Positions 1 through 9,811 of a stretch of DNA of 64,000 nt are shown here, one piece after another. The notes under the pieces are model-generated. The model was not told the origin of the DNA and did no database searches. It saw nothing but the letters and a program-made list of their open reading frames with translations. Numbering within the stretch: position 1 is the stretch's first letter; the number at the start of each line of letters is the position of its first letter. The position numbers and the translations under genes are program-made. The DNA comes from an uncultured Chloroflexia bacterium (lineage in GTDB: Bacteria > Chloroflexota > Limnocylindria > Limnocylindrales > CSP1-4). The DNA lies in the NCBI GenBank assembly GCA_963768655.1, contig CAVYIM010000003.1, positions 64,001 through 128,000 of the forward strand, in the 5' to 3' direction.

Positions 1-31
1 TGAAGAGGTGGGCGGGTGAAAGGCCCATCAT
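1..31 (-). CDS. tatA: TatA/E family subunit, 5' fragment running off the window edge
   Basis: Minus strand reads ATG ATG GGC CTT TCA CCC GCC CAC CTC TTC = MMGLSPAHLF, nearly identical to the N-terminus of the TatA at 4311 (GLTPAHL). Preceded by a GAAGGA SD-like sequence. Only 10 codons are visible. Confidence 0.6.
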   Translation of the reverse strand, partial: MMGLSPAHLF

Positions 32-77
32 GTGGTTCCTTCTCTTCCTTGTTTGTCGTCGAGAGCAGCGCCGCTCG

Positions 78-1130
78 TCAGTCGGTCGATTGGGCGGCCC
101 GGAGATCTGCGCCGTGGATTGCCGATCGTAGTCGTTCCGCGGCATCTTCGGCGGTTATGTCGCGCTGAGGCTCGGAAAGAAGCTCGTAGCCGACCATGAA
201 CTTGCGAACCGTCGCCCGCAGCAGCGGCGGATAGAAGTGGGCGTGGAGCTGCCAGTGAGGACGGTCGGCGCCGTCGAACGGCGCCTGGTGCCATCCCATC
301 GAGTAGGGGAACGGTGCCTCGAACAGCCCGTCGTAGCCGCGCAGCAGCCCGATGAGCCGCTCGGCCAGGGAGTCGCGGGCGCGATCGTCGAGCTCCGGAA
401 GCCGCGAGACGGGCCGTCGCGGGATGAGCAATGTCTCGAACGGCCACGTTGCCCAGTACGGGACGAGGGTCAGCCAGTCATCGTCGCTTTCGAGCACCCT
501 GGGCCCACCGGCCTCCTGGTCGGCATAGTCGAGCAAGAGCCGCCGGCCGGTGGCCTCGAAGTGGCGTCGCCCGGTCGCGTCCTCCTTCTCGGCCTCCCGC
601 GGGAGAGCGTCCCCGGCCCAGATCTGGCCGTGCGGATGCGGGTTCGAGGCCCCCATGGCCGAGCCGCGATTCTCGAAGACCTGGACCCACTCGAATTGTT
701 CGCCGAGAGACGTCGTCTGGTTTGCCCACAGATCCACGACGGTCCGCACCTGGCCGGCGCTCATTCGCGACAGGCTCAAGTCGTGGCGCGGCGAGAAGCA
801 GATGACCCGGCAGGTGCCGCGTTCGCTCTCCGCACGGAGCAGGCCGTCGTGTACCGACACGCCCGGCAAGTCCGGTCGCAGGGCGGCGAAGTCGTTGGTA
901 AACACGAAGGTGGAGCCATATGCCGGGTTCCGTTCACCATTGGCCCGCGTGTTGCCCGGGCACAGGTAGCACGACGGGTCGTATTCGGGCAGGTCCACTG
1001 GCTGAGGCACTTCTTCGCGGCCGAGCCACGGGCGGCTCGTCCGTTCAGCCGAAACCAGCAGCCACTCGTCGGTGAGGGCGTTGTATCGACGATGCGGTTG
1101 TGACAGGAGGGCAGCCGCGGACAGGTCCAT
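78..1130 (-). CDS. galT: Galactose-1-phosphate uridylyltransferase
   Basis: [18 protein letters not shown], the catalytic [18 protein letters not shown] (HPH) motif and [21 protein letters not shown]. Start taken at the ATG of MDLS. Confidence 0.96.
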   Translation of the reverse strand: MDLSAAALLSQPHRRYNALTDEWLLVSAERTSRPWLGREEVPQPVDLPEYDPSCYLCPGNTRANGERNPAYGSTFVFTNDFAALRPDLPGVSVHDGLLRAESERGTCRVICFSPRHDLSLSRMSAGQVRTVVDLWANQTTSLGEQFEWVQVFENRGSAMGASNPHPHGQIWAGDALPREAEKEDATGRRHFEATGRRLLLDYADQEAGGPRVLESDDDWLTLVPYWATWPFETLLIPRRPVSRLPELDDRARDSLAERLIGLLRGYDGLFEAPFPYSMGWHQAPFDGADRPHWQLHAHFYPPLLRATVRKFMVGYELLSEPQRDITAEDAAERLRSAIHGADLRAAQSTD

Positions 1131-1380
1131 GCTCAAGCCTGCCCTTCGAGGATGCGCAAACCGGCGAGCCGGCCTTGCCCAACATGGATGGATGGGACAG
1201 CGCGTGCCGTGGACAGTTCGTCGACACGCTCACTGGTAACGGCCGGAGGCCGCCTGGTTGGAGCGGGTCTGTGGATGCCCGCTACCGGTACGCGCGCCTG
1301 CTCCGTCTCTCTCTCAAATGGCTCGTGACGCAATCCGTCTCCGGTCAAATGGCGTGCCTATCCGGCCCCGCGCTTTCTCA

Positions 1381-1410
1381 ATCCTGCCGCAGTCAACAGG
1401 TTAAGTCAAC
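1381..1410 (-). promoter_or_regulatory. Putative sigma70 promoter for galT with an overlapping direct repeat
   Basis: Minus strand TTGACT-17 nt-CAGGAT. GTTGACT occurs twice, 13 nt apart, across the -35 and spacer. Confidence 0.4.
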
Positions 1411-1883
1411 GTTTTCCACCAGAATCGCACGCATTCGAGTGTTGCGCCCTGAGGCGTGGGGCGTTCGGAGCGGCCAATCGCCGCGGCTTGTTGGTTCCTG
1501 TTGAAGCCGAGCCAGCGATTCGGCAGTCGACGGGGAAGAGCAATGCGTCTTCCACGAGCCATGTGGCGATGGGGTCTCGGCGCATGGCCCGGCGTCGCGA
1601 CGCCCCTCCGCTCCTATGCTGGGACCACGTCGAATCTGGTCGTTTTCTGGCACCCCTACTCCCGCAACGACAGGGGCAGTTCGCTGCCTTACGTGCGCAG
1701 GAGTCCAAAGAAGGCCGATCGACCCTTCGTCTCGTGACGTGGCCGACGAACCGCCGACGCGGCGGGATCGTCGGCGATCAGCGGGGCACACGCCAGTGAG
1801 GATCCCTACTATTGCGCCTCACTTTGGACACGATCCTGCTCTATGACGACGGTTGGTTAACCCGGGCACGGTCTTGGTTCTCA

Positions 1884-3338
1884 TCAGACCTTCGAGTAGA
1901 TCGGGATGTAGCCGAGAGAGTTCCCCGTGGAATCGAAGACCTGGATCTTCTTGACGACCGACCCCACGGGGCCGCTGGCCTCCAGGGCGTTCGGGCAGGT
2001 GAAAGTAATCGCCAATCCTGTGTCGTCTTTGAAGTCTGCGGCACCGTTGCTCGAGAGGTGGACGGTGCCAACCATCAGGTTGCGCCCCTGGTACAGGTGC
2101 AATCCGTAATGGGCGTTGCCGTAGGCTCGCAGGCCGTCGAAGAGGACTCCCGTTGTCGAGCCGAGGGTTACGAGACCGTCCGAGGTGCCCGTCTTGTTGT
2201 TTGCCGAGGTGCAGCCGACGACCTGGCCGTTGGTGCAGTTGTTGAGGACGATACCCGAACTGGCGTTGGTCATGCATGTCGCGCCGGTTATGGTGAAGTT
2301 GGTTACGCCGGAGATGTAGACGCCGCGGCCGGCATTCCGGTGGTAGAGGCCGCCGGTGATCGTGATCTCAGTGTTCCCGTATGACCCGCTTATCGCCAGA
2401 CCGTCTCCGCCGCATCCGGTCACGGTGTTCGGTCCGATGGTGATACTCGAGGAGGCGGTGATCTGCGCCACGACGCCTATTCCGCCGTGCGTGCAGCCGG
2501 CGATCGTGTTCCCCTCGGCCAGTCCACCGATGTTGTCACGGAACAGAACGGCCGCGTTGAAGGAACTGAGGAGGACGCCCCCGACAAGCGTGGGGTGAAT
2601 TGTGTTGTTTGCGATGACCGTGCCAACGCACCCGATCCCCGACTCGATGGCGCTGTCGCCGATCTGGGTCAACGTGTTCCCGATCACCATGTTGCCGTGC
2701 GGCGTCGAAGTCGACGCAGTCGATCCCGCCGACCCGGTGAGGAAGATGCCGTCGTGGGTCGTCCCGTTGACCGTGCAGCCGGTCACGAGGTTTCGTTCGA
2801 GGGCGTCCGAGGAGTTTGCCAGAAGGCCAAGGAACACGCCGTAGCCACAGTTAGCGAAAGCAGAGGCCGAGACCACGTTGTCGCTGCCGCCAATGAACTG
2901 GACGCCATGCCCGGAAGCCGGCATGTTCCGAATGTGAACACGTTCTATCCGACACCGGCGGGGGCGCGTACCTTTGACACCCGATGCCAGTCCATTCGGA
3001 GTGTTGGCCTCGTTCCCATCGAGCGTCAGCCCGAGAATGGCGACATCGGCGGCGTCGTCCGGCAGGGCGATGATGTCTGCGGTCATCGCGGGCAGCCGGA
3101 ACAGCGTTGCCCCTGTCCCATGAATGGTCTGGCCCGATAGAGGGATCACGGCGGAGGAGACGCGGTATGTCCCGGCCGGGAAGTGGAGCATCCCGCCCAC
3201 GCCGGCAGCGACGATCGCGGTCCGGATGGCCGCCGTGTCGTCTGTGGTGCCGTCGCCGGCAGCGCCGTAGGAACGGACGCTCGTCCAAGCCGATTCGGGC
3301 GAGGGGTCGTGAGCAGCGAGGTTGCCCTGGAGGGTCAT
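1884..3338 (-). CDS. Right-handed parallel beta-helix protein (pectate lyase 3 / tailspike-like glycan-modifying enzyme)
   Basis: N-terminal SVRSYGAAGDGTTDDTAAIRTAI..HFPAGTY motif followed by many Gly/Asn-rich beta-helix repeats. No signal peptide seen. Confidence 0.85.
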   Translation of the reverse strand: MTLQGNLAAHDPSPESAWTSVRSYGAAGDGTTDDTAAIRTAIVAAGVGGMLHFPAGTYRVSSAVIPLSGQTIHGTGATLFRLPAMTADIIALPDDAADVAILGLTLDGNEANTPNGLASGVKGTRPRRCRIERVHIRNMPASGHGVQFIGGSDNVVSASAFANCGYGVFLGLLANSSDALERNLVTGCTVNGTTHDGIFLTGSAGSTASTSTPHGNMVIGNTLTQIGDSAIESGIGCVGTVIANNTIHPTLVGGVLLSSFNAAVLFRDNIGGLAEGNTIAGCTHGGIGVVAQITASSSITIGPNTVTGCGGDGLAISGSYGNTEITITGGLYHRNAGRGVYISGVTNFTITGATCMTNASSGIVLNNCTNGQVVGCTSANNKTGTSDGLVTLGSTTGVLFDGLRAYGNAHYGLHLYQGRNLMVGTVHLSSNGAADFKDDTGLAITFTCPNALEASGPVGSVVKKIQVFDSTGNSLGYIPIYSKV

Positions 3339-3399
3339 ATCTAGCCTCAAGTTCGGGTGGGCTGGCGAGGATCAAGCCCTCGCTGCGGCTGGGTCTCGC

Positions 3400-3624
3400 G
3401 CACAGGTTCACCGGCGTGTCCAGGTGGAGGGTAACTCGTAGGATCCTCGGCCACTGATGGCCGCGGTCCCATCCGCACATGCGAACTCTGGCTTGGCGAG
3501 CCGGACCGCTCGACTCTTCGCCATCGGCGGTCGTGGTGGTGTCCCAGCCGATGCTGCCGGTATCAGCGGCAACCTGACGGTGCTCGGCCCCTCGAGCGCG
3601 GGCTGGGCTCCGGCATCACCGTGA
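3400..3624 (+). pseudogene. Remnant of an 'RLLDTR...GVPxxAxAVxGNLTV' surface-protein domain
   Basis: 3457-3624 translates to ...ARLFAIGGRGGVPADAAGISGNLTVLGPSSAGW followed by an early stop. An upstream frame gives TRRILGH. Both match a domain typical of actinobacterial and Chloroflexota surface proteins. Confidence 0.55.
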
Positions 3625-3686
3625 GATCGTGGCCATCGACTCCTTCTACCCTCAACTCCGCGGCCGGACACTCCGAGGCCGACCGG

Positions 3687-4100
3687 TCAGTGCGGCCCGA
3701 CCAGCGTTCCGACAACGAGGCCGATGACAACGACGACCGCGACCAGGACGATGAAGATCGGCCACATCGCAACCTCGAACAGTCGGGCGCGCCGTGAAGG
3801 CAGTGGGGCCGCAGCAGCTCGAGCCTCCTCCGCCCGCAGTCGCGAGGCTCGCGTGGCGCTCATGAGCCAGCGGATCGTAACCCCGATCGGCACGAACGCC
3901 ACCGCCACGACTGGGACGGAGAAGATGCCGAGCCAGTGGGCGGCGTAGACCAATGCGACCACGACGACCACCGTGAGCACAACCCAGGCGAGCCGGCCCA
4001 GCGTCGATCGCCGCGAGCGGCCGGTCCGCCGCTCCCAGAGCAGTATCTGGAGCGATAGGGCGGCCGCTCCGAGCGCCGCAATAGCGATCAGCCACTTCAT
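3687..4100 (-). CDS. Hypothetical membrane protein
   Basis: MKWLIAIAALG start and four hydrophobic segments. Confidence 0.75.
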   Translation of the reverse strand: MKWLIAIAALGAAALSLQILLWERRTGRSRRSTLGRLAWVVLTVVVVVALVYAAHWLGIFSVPVVAVAFVPIGVTIRWLMSATRASRLRAEEARAAAAPLPSRRARLFEVAMWPIFIVLVAVVVVIGLVVGTLVGPH

Positions 4101-4310
4101 ATCGGTGCCAAGTCTAGTGTCGAGCCGGGCGGCACCGAGGCCCATGGGCCCACTCTCGGCCTCAGCCGCTCGCCCACAGCCGGCGCTCATCTGCTCCCGG
4201 GGTGTGACTCAGCCGCTCTGGGGGAGTATTGTTTGACACGGCGGTGAAGGTATCTCGACCGCCTCGTAAGACGTGGCCCACGTTACAGTCGGCCCGCAAG
4301 GAGAAACGTC

Positions 4311-4805
4311 ATGCCGTGGGGTCTCACGCCCGCCCACCTCATCATCATTCTCGTGATCGTGCTGATCGTCGTCGGGCCCGGCAAACTGCCGGACACTGGC
4401 GCGGCGCTCGGTAAGGCCCTCCGCGGCTTCAAAGACGCCGTGGAGACAGGCGAGACTCCTCGCGCCGCGACGCCGGACCCGGCCGCTCCGCCGCTCCAGC
4501 CGCAGGCCCCGGTGTACCCGGCGCAGTACGCACCGCCGCAGCCGTACGCGCCCCAGCAGCCAATGCAGCCGTACGCGCCCCAGCAGCCACTGCAGCCGCC
4601 ATACGCGCCCCAGCAGCCACTGCAGCAGCCGTACGCGCCCCAGCAGCAGCCATACGCGCCCCAGCAGCAGCCGTACGCTCAGGCGCCTTACCCGCAGCAG
4701 CCGATGGTGGCTCAACCCTATGCTCCGCCGGCGGGCCAGCCGGCTCCGTTCGTGCCTGCCGATCAGCCGGTTGCGCCGCAGAGTGAGCCGCCCCGCCAGG
4801 GATAA
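4311..4805 (+). CDS. tatA: Twin-arginine translocase TatA/E with a Pro/Gln-rich tail
   Basis: HLIIILVIVLIVVGPGKLPDTGAALGKALRGFK (TM-hinge-amphipathic helix). AAGGAG SD upstream. Confidence 0.92.
   Translation: MPWGLTPAHLIIILVIVLIVVGPGKLPDTGAALGKALRGFKDAVETGETPRAATPDPAAPPLQPQAPVYPAQYAPPQPYAPQQPMQPYAPQQPLQPPYAPQQPLQQPYAPQQQPYAPQQQPYAQAPYPQQPMVAQPYAPPAGQPAPFVPADQPVAPQSEPPRQG
4537..4710 (+). repeat. Imperfect in-frame tandem repeats encoding QPYAPQQ(PL/PM)
   Basis: CAGCCGTACGCGCCCCAGCAGCC and variants repeated about six times inside tatA. Confidence 0.85.
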
Positions 4806-5150
4806 CCCGGCCGATCAGGCGGCTCGCGGGGGGCGGGTCGTCTATTGCCGGCCACCGTTCTGACCAGTTCGCCGCCGAGATCCCACTGGGCCTCCGCCAT
4901 CTGAGAGTGCGAGCGACGGGTCGAGATCGCGGCGCCGGCGGGAGCACCTCGATCATCGACCCGCCTGTGCCACGCATGGCGGCGCGGTGCGCGGTCGCCG
5001 ATCGAGCCTGCTCGAGCCGGGCGGCCACCGCCGTTTAGGCAGCGCGCCACGTGGCGGCCGGCGACGCTCGAGCCAGCAGAGCGCCTGATCTCCGCGGCGC
5101 CCCCTCCTGCGGCGCCAACTCCGCGGCGCCCCCACCTGGGGCAGGTCCTG

Positions 5151-6368
5151 CTAGGGCTGATACAGCTCGGCCGAGTCGTAGACCATGTCCTGGTCCGCCC
5201 CGCCCGCAATCAGGACCTGGCCGTTGGCAAGCGAGGTCGCCGTGTGGTTGCCGCGGGCGTCGTTGAGCGAGCCCGTCGCCGTGAACGACCCGCTGGACGG
5301 ATCGAACAGCTCGGCCGACGCCAGGCCGTTGCCGTCGGCGTCCACGCCGCCGGCCAGCAGGACAAGACCGCTCGGCAGCAAGTTGGCCGTGTGAGCGACC
5401 CGCGTGGTCGTCATCGCGTCCGTGGCCGTGAACGTCCCCGACGTGGGGTCGAACAGCTCGGCGCTCTGGAGGAGCGTCTGGTTGGCGTCTACTCCGCCCG
5501 CCACCAGGACCTGGCCGTTGTTCAGCAGCGTTGCGGTCTGGCCGAATTGCTCGGTCGTCATCGAGCCGGTCGCGGTGAAGGTGCCGGAGTCGGGGTGGTA
5601 GATCTCCGCGGTGGCCAGCGTGTCGCCGTTCTCGTCCTGGCCGCCGGTAAGGAGGACCGTACCGTCCTTCAGGAGCGTGGCTGTCTGGCCCCATCGTCCG
5701 GAAGTCATATTGCCGGTGGGCGTGAAGGTGTTGGTGCTGGGGTCGAAAATCTCGGCCGAGGCGATGCCGTAGTCGTTGACGTCCGCCCCTCCGGCGATGA
5801 GGACCTTGCCGTTCTGGAGGAGCGTGGCCGTCTGGTTCACGCGCCCGACCGACATCTTGCCGACCGTGGTGAACGCGTTCTTGGAGGGGTCGAACGTCTC
5901 GGCGGAGTCGAGCGGCTCGACGCTGTCGTTCTCGCCTCCGGTGATCAGAACCCGGCCATCCTGGAGCACGGTCTCCGTCTGGCCCCAGCGCTCAACCTTC
6001 ATCGATCCGGTGGCGGTGAACTTGCCGGTCTTGGGATCGAAGATCTCGGCCGAAGCCAGAGTGGCGCCGTTGTCGTCCTGGCCGCCCACGATCAGGACCC
6101 GGCCGTCGGGCAGCAGGCCGTCCGTTTGCGACCGGCGCGGGGTCGTCATGGATCCAGTTCGCGTGAACTTGCCTATCGGGATCGCCGAAGGGGTGGCGAC
6201 GGTGCTGGGCGCGGCGGACGTGGAAGACGAGGCGCCTGCGGTCATCGAGGCGGGTGGGGTCATCGAGGGGGTCGGAACGAGGAGATTGGGCGTCGCCGTC
6301 TGGGTGCCACACCCGGCCACAACCAACAGCACGAGCGCAGCGCTCGCAACCCGCGACAACAAGCGCAC
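5151..6368 (-). CDS. Kelch-repeat (galactose oxidase-like propeller) lipoprotein
   Basis: Lipobox LVVAGC, a Ser/Thr/Pro linker, and seven repeats of TGSM..R..QTATLL.DG.VL..GG...SAE.FDP. GGAGG SD before the GTG start. Confidence 0.9.
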   Translation of the reverse strand: MRLLSRVASAALVLLVVAGCGTQTATPNLLVPTPSMTPPASMTAGASSSTSAAPSTVATPSAIPIGKFTRTGSMTTPRRSQTDGLLPDGRVLIVGGQDDNGATLASAEIFDPKTGKFTATGSMKVERWGQTETVLQDGRVLITGGENDSVEPLDSAETFDPSKNAFTTVGKMSVGRVNQTATLLQNGKVLIAGGADVNDYGIASAEIFDPSTNTFTPTGNMTSGRWGQTATLLKDGTVLLTGGQDENGDTLATAEIYHPDSGTFTATGSMTTEQFGQTATLLNNGQVLVAGGVDANQTLLQSAELFDPTSGTFTATDAMTTTRVAHTANLLPSGLVLLAGGVDADGNGLASAELFDPSSGSFTATGSLNDARGNHTATSLANGQVLIAGGADQDMVYDSAELYQP

Positions 6369-6539
6369 GGCTCTTCCTCCACTACGTTTCCACGATCCTC
6401 GGCGCAGGATGCTCCGGCGCGCAACGCCTCCAGTCTACCCAGTCCGCGCTGAGATGAGTTTCCGCCGTGGTTCGGGCCAGGCGAGCCGCCCGCGCCGGGC
6501 GGCCGTGCCCGTGGCTACGACATGGCATACGATCCGGTC

Positions 6540-7652
6540 GTGAGCGAGCCTGCCGCGGACCGCGGCCTTCAGCGGACCCCGATGATCGTCGACTGCGACA
6601 CCGGCATCGACGACAGCCTGGCGCTGCTGTACGGCGTGGCCTCCCCCGACTGCGATCTAGTGGCCGTGACCTGCACCGCCGGCAATGTCGACGCTCGCCA
6701 GGTCGCCGAGAACACCCGCGCAGTGCTCGAGCTGGCCGAGCGTCCGGACGTGGAAGTCGCCATCGGCCGCGAGACGCCCCTCGCCCGCCGGCTCATCACC
6801 ACGCCCGAGACTCATGGGCCGCGTGGCATCGGCTACGCGGAGCTGCCCCCGACTCGCACGCCGCTCTCCCGGCGCTTCGGCCCCGACCTGATCGTCGAGG
6901 AAGCCCGCCGCCGGCCCGGGGAGCTGACCCTCGTGACGCTGGCGCCGCTCACCAACGTGGCGCTGGCCGTCCTGCGCGAACCCGAACTCCCCCGGCTGCT
7001 CCGCCGCGTGGTCATCATGGGCGGCTCCTACCGGTCCGCCGGCAACACCGCGCCCACGACCGAGTGGAACATCAACGTCGACCCTGAGGCGGCCGGGATC
7101 GTCTTCGACGCATTCGGCGCCGAGGGTTCCGACGGAGAGCCGAACGGCCGCTCGACTCGACCGACCGCGCTCGGGCTCGACGTGACCGAACGAGCCAAGC
7201 TTTTGCCAGAGCACCTGGCGCGGCTGGCCGCGCTGGCCGGCTGCGAGCCCGACGGCTCAGTGCGCGGCGCCCCGGGCGCGGGCGGCAGTTCGGGCGCGCG
7301 CTCCATCAACCCGATCATCCGCTACGTCGCCGACGCGCTGCGCTTCTACATGGAGTTCCACAGCCGCTACGACGGCTTCTACGGCGCCTTCATCCACGAC
7401 CCGCTGGCCCTCGCGACGGCGCTGGATCCCACGCTCGTGCGCACCGAGGCCGTAACGGTGGAAGTGGAGCTGGGCGGACGCCTCACAACTGGCGAGACCG
7501 TGACGGACTGGCGCCGCGTGTGGGGCAGGCCACCGAACGTGGACGTGGCGGTGACGGCGGACGCGGGCCGCTTCTTCGAAAGCTTCATCGAGCGGCTCGG
7601 GAGACTGGCGGCGGACTGGGATCCGGGCGCCCAACCGCGGGATCGCGGCTGA
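6540..7652 (+). CDS. Inosine-uridine preferring nucleoside hydrolase
   Basis: DCDTGIDDS, LAPLTNVA, EWNINVDPEAA, GLDVT and HDPL motifs. GTG start chosen 6 nt after TACGAT; the ORF track extends to 6522. Confidence 0.93.
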   Translation: MSEPAADRGLQRTPMIVDCDTGIDDSLALLYGVASPDCDLVAVTCTAGNVDARQVAENTRAVLELAERPDVEVAIGRETPLARRLITTPETHGPRGIGYAELPPTRTPLSRRFGPDLIVEEARRRPGELTLVTLAPLTNVALAVLREPELPRLLRRVVIMGGSYRSAGNTAPTTEWNINVDPEAAGIVFDAFGAEGSDGEPNGRSTRPTALGLDVTERAKLLPEHLARLAALAGCEPDGSVRGAPGAGGSSGARSINPIIRYVADALRFYMEFHSRYDGFYGAFIHDPLALATALDPTLVRTEAVTVEVELGGRLTTGETVTDWRRVWGRPPNVDVAVTADAGRFFESFIERLGRLAADWDPGAQPRDRG

Positions 7653-7779
7653 TCCGCCACGCGACATCACGACGACTGTGGCCCGTTGCACCTGGCGGCC
7701 GGGCACCAGACCTGGCAAGCTTTCGCGGCGCGGCACCCGAGCATCCTGACCTGGCCGCGCCAGATGCCGGAGGTCTTCG

Positions 7780-8976
7780 ATGAGCTTCGATTGGCTGCAC
7801 GTCTGCACGGCTAACGACGCGACGGCGTGCGTGCAACCCGTCCAGGTGGCGTACCTGGCGGCCCTTCTGCTCGGCGTGGTCATCTTCGCCTTCGCCCTGG
7901 CGCGAAGCCGATACTTCCGGACCGCGACCCTGGCCCTCATTCCGGTCGCGATCGCGATCGACATCGCGATGGGCTCGATCGTCGCCTACCTGAAACTGCC
8001 CATCTATCTCGACTCGATCGGCACCGTCCTCGTCGGAGTGCTGTGCGGACCGCTCGCGGGCGCCCTGACCGGTCTCCTGTCTGACCTCATCTGGTCGATC
8101 CTGCCCCTGCCGGGCGGCGGCGGCCCGACGATCGCGTTCTTCGCGCCGGTCGGCGGGGTCATCGGACTGATGGCCGGGTTCTGGGCCGGCCGCGGAGTCT
8201 TCCGACTGCGTTCGGGCGACGAGCGAGTCGGGTCGTTCCTGGCCCTGGCCGCCGGAGTCGCCGCGGCCGCGGTCGCGCTGCTGGCCATCCAGCAGACCGC
8301 CGGCATCCCCAGCGTCAGCGGCACCACCGACGACCAGAACCATTTCGTCCTCATGTCCGTCGCCATCTTGATCGTCGCGGTTCTCGTGGCGCTGGTCTCG
8401 CGACGAACCATCTTTGCCTTCAAGCGGGACGACAGGCGGATCCTGCCTTCGCTCGCCGTCGCGACCGGACTGGCCGCCGGAGTCCTGGCGCTGGCCGTTC
8501 TGCGCCTGCTGTTCGCCCCCGTCGGCTATTTCTCGACGATCAACGGCGACCCTACGTTCCTGAACGGCCTGAACCTGACGGGACTCGCTTTCCCGGATCC
8601 GGCCGCCATGGTCGGCGCCCTCGTAGTTGCCGTCCTGGCCGCTCTGGGCGCCGGCTACTGGGCTTCGCGCGGCGAGAACGCGCGCCTCTTCCCAGTCTGG
8701 ATCGGCGGGCTGACGACGGGTCTGGTAGCGGCGAGCATGTCCGCCCCCATCGCCGCCGGCGTGTTCGGCGGCGTCACCGGCGGCGGCACCGATGCCCTGG
8801 TCGCTCTCTTCCGCACCCTCGGCCTGAACGTCTTCCAGTCGGCGTTCGCCCAGGGGCTGACGAGCGATCCGCTCGACAAGACGATCAGCTACACGGTCGT
8901 CTTCCTGATCCTCGCGGCGCTGCCCGTCTCGGTCCGGACGATGTTCAGCCACGGCGAGGACACGGTCGCCGAGTGA
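7780..8976 (+). CDS. ECF transporter substrate-specific (S) component, enlarged
   Basis: LALIPVAIAI..LKLPIYLDSIGTVLVGVLCGP..GALTG and C-terminal SAPIAAGVFGGVTGGG..SDPLDK. Lies directly upstream of ecfT and ecfA. Confidence 0.85.
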   Translation: MSFDWLHVCTANDATACVQPVQVAYLAALLLGVVIFAFALARSRYFRTATLALIPVAIAIDIAMGSIVAYLKLPIYLDSIGTVLVGVLCGPLAGALTGLLSDLIWSILPLPGGGGPTIAFFAPVGGVIGLMAGFWAGRGVFRLRSGDERVGSFLALAAGVAAAAVALLAIQQTAGIPSVSGTTDDQNHFVLMSVAILIVAVLVALVSRRTIFAFKRDDRRILPSLAVATGLAAGVLALAVLRLLFAPVGYFSTINGDPTFLNGLNLTGLAFPDPAAMVGALVVAVLAALGAGYWASRGENARLFPVWIGGLTTGLVAASMSAPIAAGVFGGVTGGGTDALVALFRTLGLNVFQSAFAQGLTSDPLDKTISYTVVFLILAALPVSVRTMFSHGEDTVAE

Positions 8977-9031
8977 GCGGCCGGACCGGGCCCGAACCGG
9001 CCGACGCTCGACGCACCAGGGCCGCCCCGAC

Positions 9032-9811
9032 GTGAGCGCTCGGGCGACCGGCTACTTCCGTCCGGGCGCTTCGTGGCTCCACCGGCGAAATCCGGTCACC
9101 AAGCTGCTGGCCCTGCTGTGGATCGTGCTGGCGGCCTTTCTGCTGCCCTCGCCGGCGCTCCCGGCGCTCGTCGCCCTCGTGGCGGGCGCCGCCGCTTCGG
9201 CTGGACTGCTGCGGGCGGTCGTCAGGGGCCTGCGGATTCCGGCCCTTCTCTTCGCCTCGATCCTGCTGGTCAATTCGTTCTTCTACCCGGGGGCGCGCGA
9301 CACGATCGTGGCGCTGGGTCCGCTGGCGATCACTCGCGAGGGCCTGATCTTCGGGGTCGTCTCGGCGGGGAGGCTGCTGGTCGCGTTCTCGGCCTCCATC
9401 CTGTTCCTCTTCACGACCCTCGCCGACGACCTCCTCGAGGCGCTCGTCGAGCGGGGGGCGAGCCATCGGATCGCGTTCGTGATCCTCTCTTCGGTTCAGA
9501 TGGTGCCGCGTCTGCAGGGCCGCGCCGGAGCGATCCTCGAAGCGCAGCAGGCCCGCGGCCTGGAGATCGGCGGGTCGCTGCCGCGCCGGGCGAGGGCGCT
9601 GATTCCGCTCGCAGGGCCGCTCCTGCTCGGGTCGCTGATCGACGTCCGCGAGAGGACTTTCGCCCTGGAGGCCCGGGCGTTCGGGGCGCGGCCCGCCCGC
9701 ACCGCCTACCGCCTCGTGCCCGATACCGCGGCCGATCGCGCGCTGCGCTGGCTGATCGTGGCCGCGGCGGCCGGTGTCGTGGCGGTGGCGATCGCGAGGC
9801 CACTCGGATGA
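9032..9811 (+). CDS. ecfT: ECF transporter transmembrane T component
   Basis: SWLHRRNPVTKL, plus the two XRG/XRA coupling motifs AQQARG and ALEARAF. Confidence 0.92.
   Translation: MSARATGYFRPGASWLHRRNPVTKLLALLWIVLAAFLLPSPALPALVALVAGAAASAGLLRAVVRGLRIPALLFASILLVNSFFYPGARDTIVALGPLAITREGLIFGVVSAGRLLVAFSASILFLFTTLADDLLEALVERGASHRIAFVILSSVQMVPRLQGRAGAILEAQQARGLEIGGSLPRRARALIPLAGPLLLGSLIDVRERTFALEARAFGARPARTAYRLVPDTAADRALRWLIVAAAAGVVAVAIARPLG

Noticed and set aside
4537-4710. CRISPR-like repeats
   Set aside because: The repeats are contiguous, in frame and coding, with no unique spacers and no cas genes.
4806-5150. ORFs between tatA and the Kelch lipoprotein
   Set aside because: They overlap real genes or lack recognisable features, so no call can be supported.
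5151-6368. Galactose oxidase assignment for the Kelch proteins given nearby galT
   Set aside because: Only the propeller repeats are present. The copper-radical residues and C-terminal domain were not recognised.
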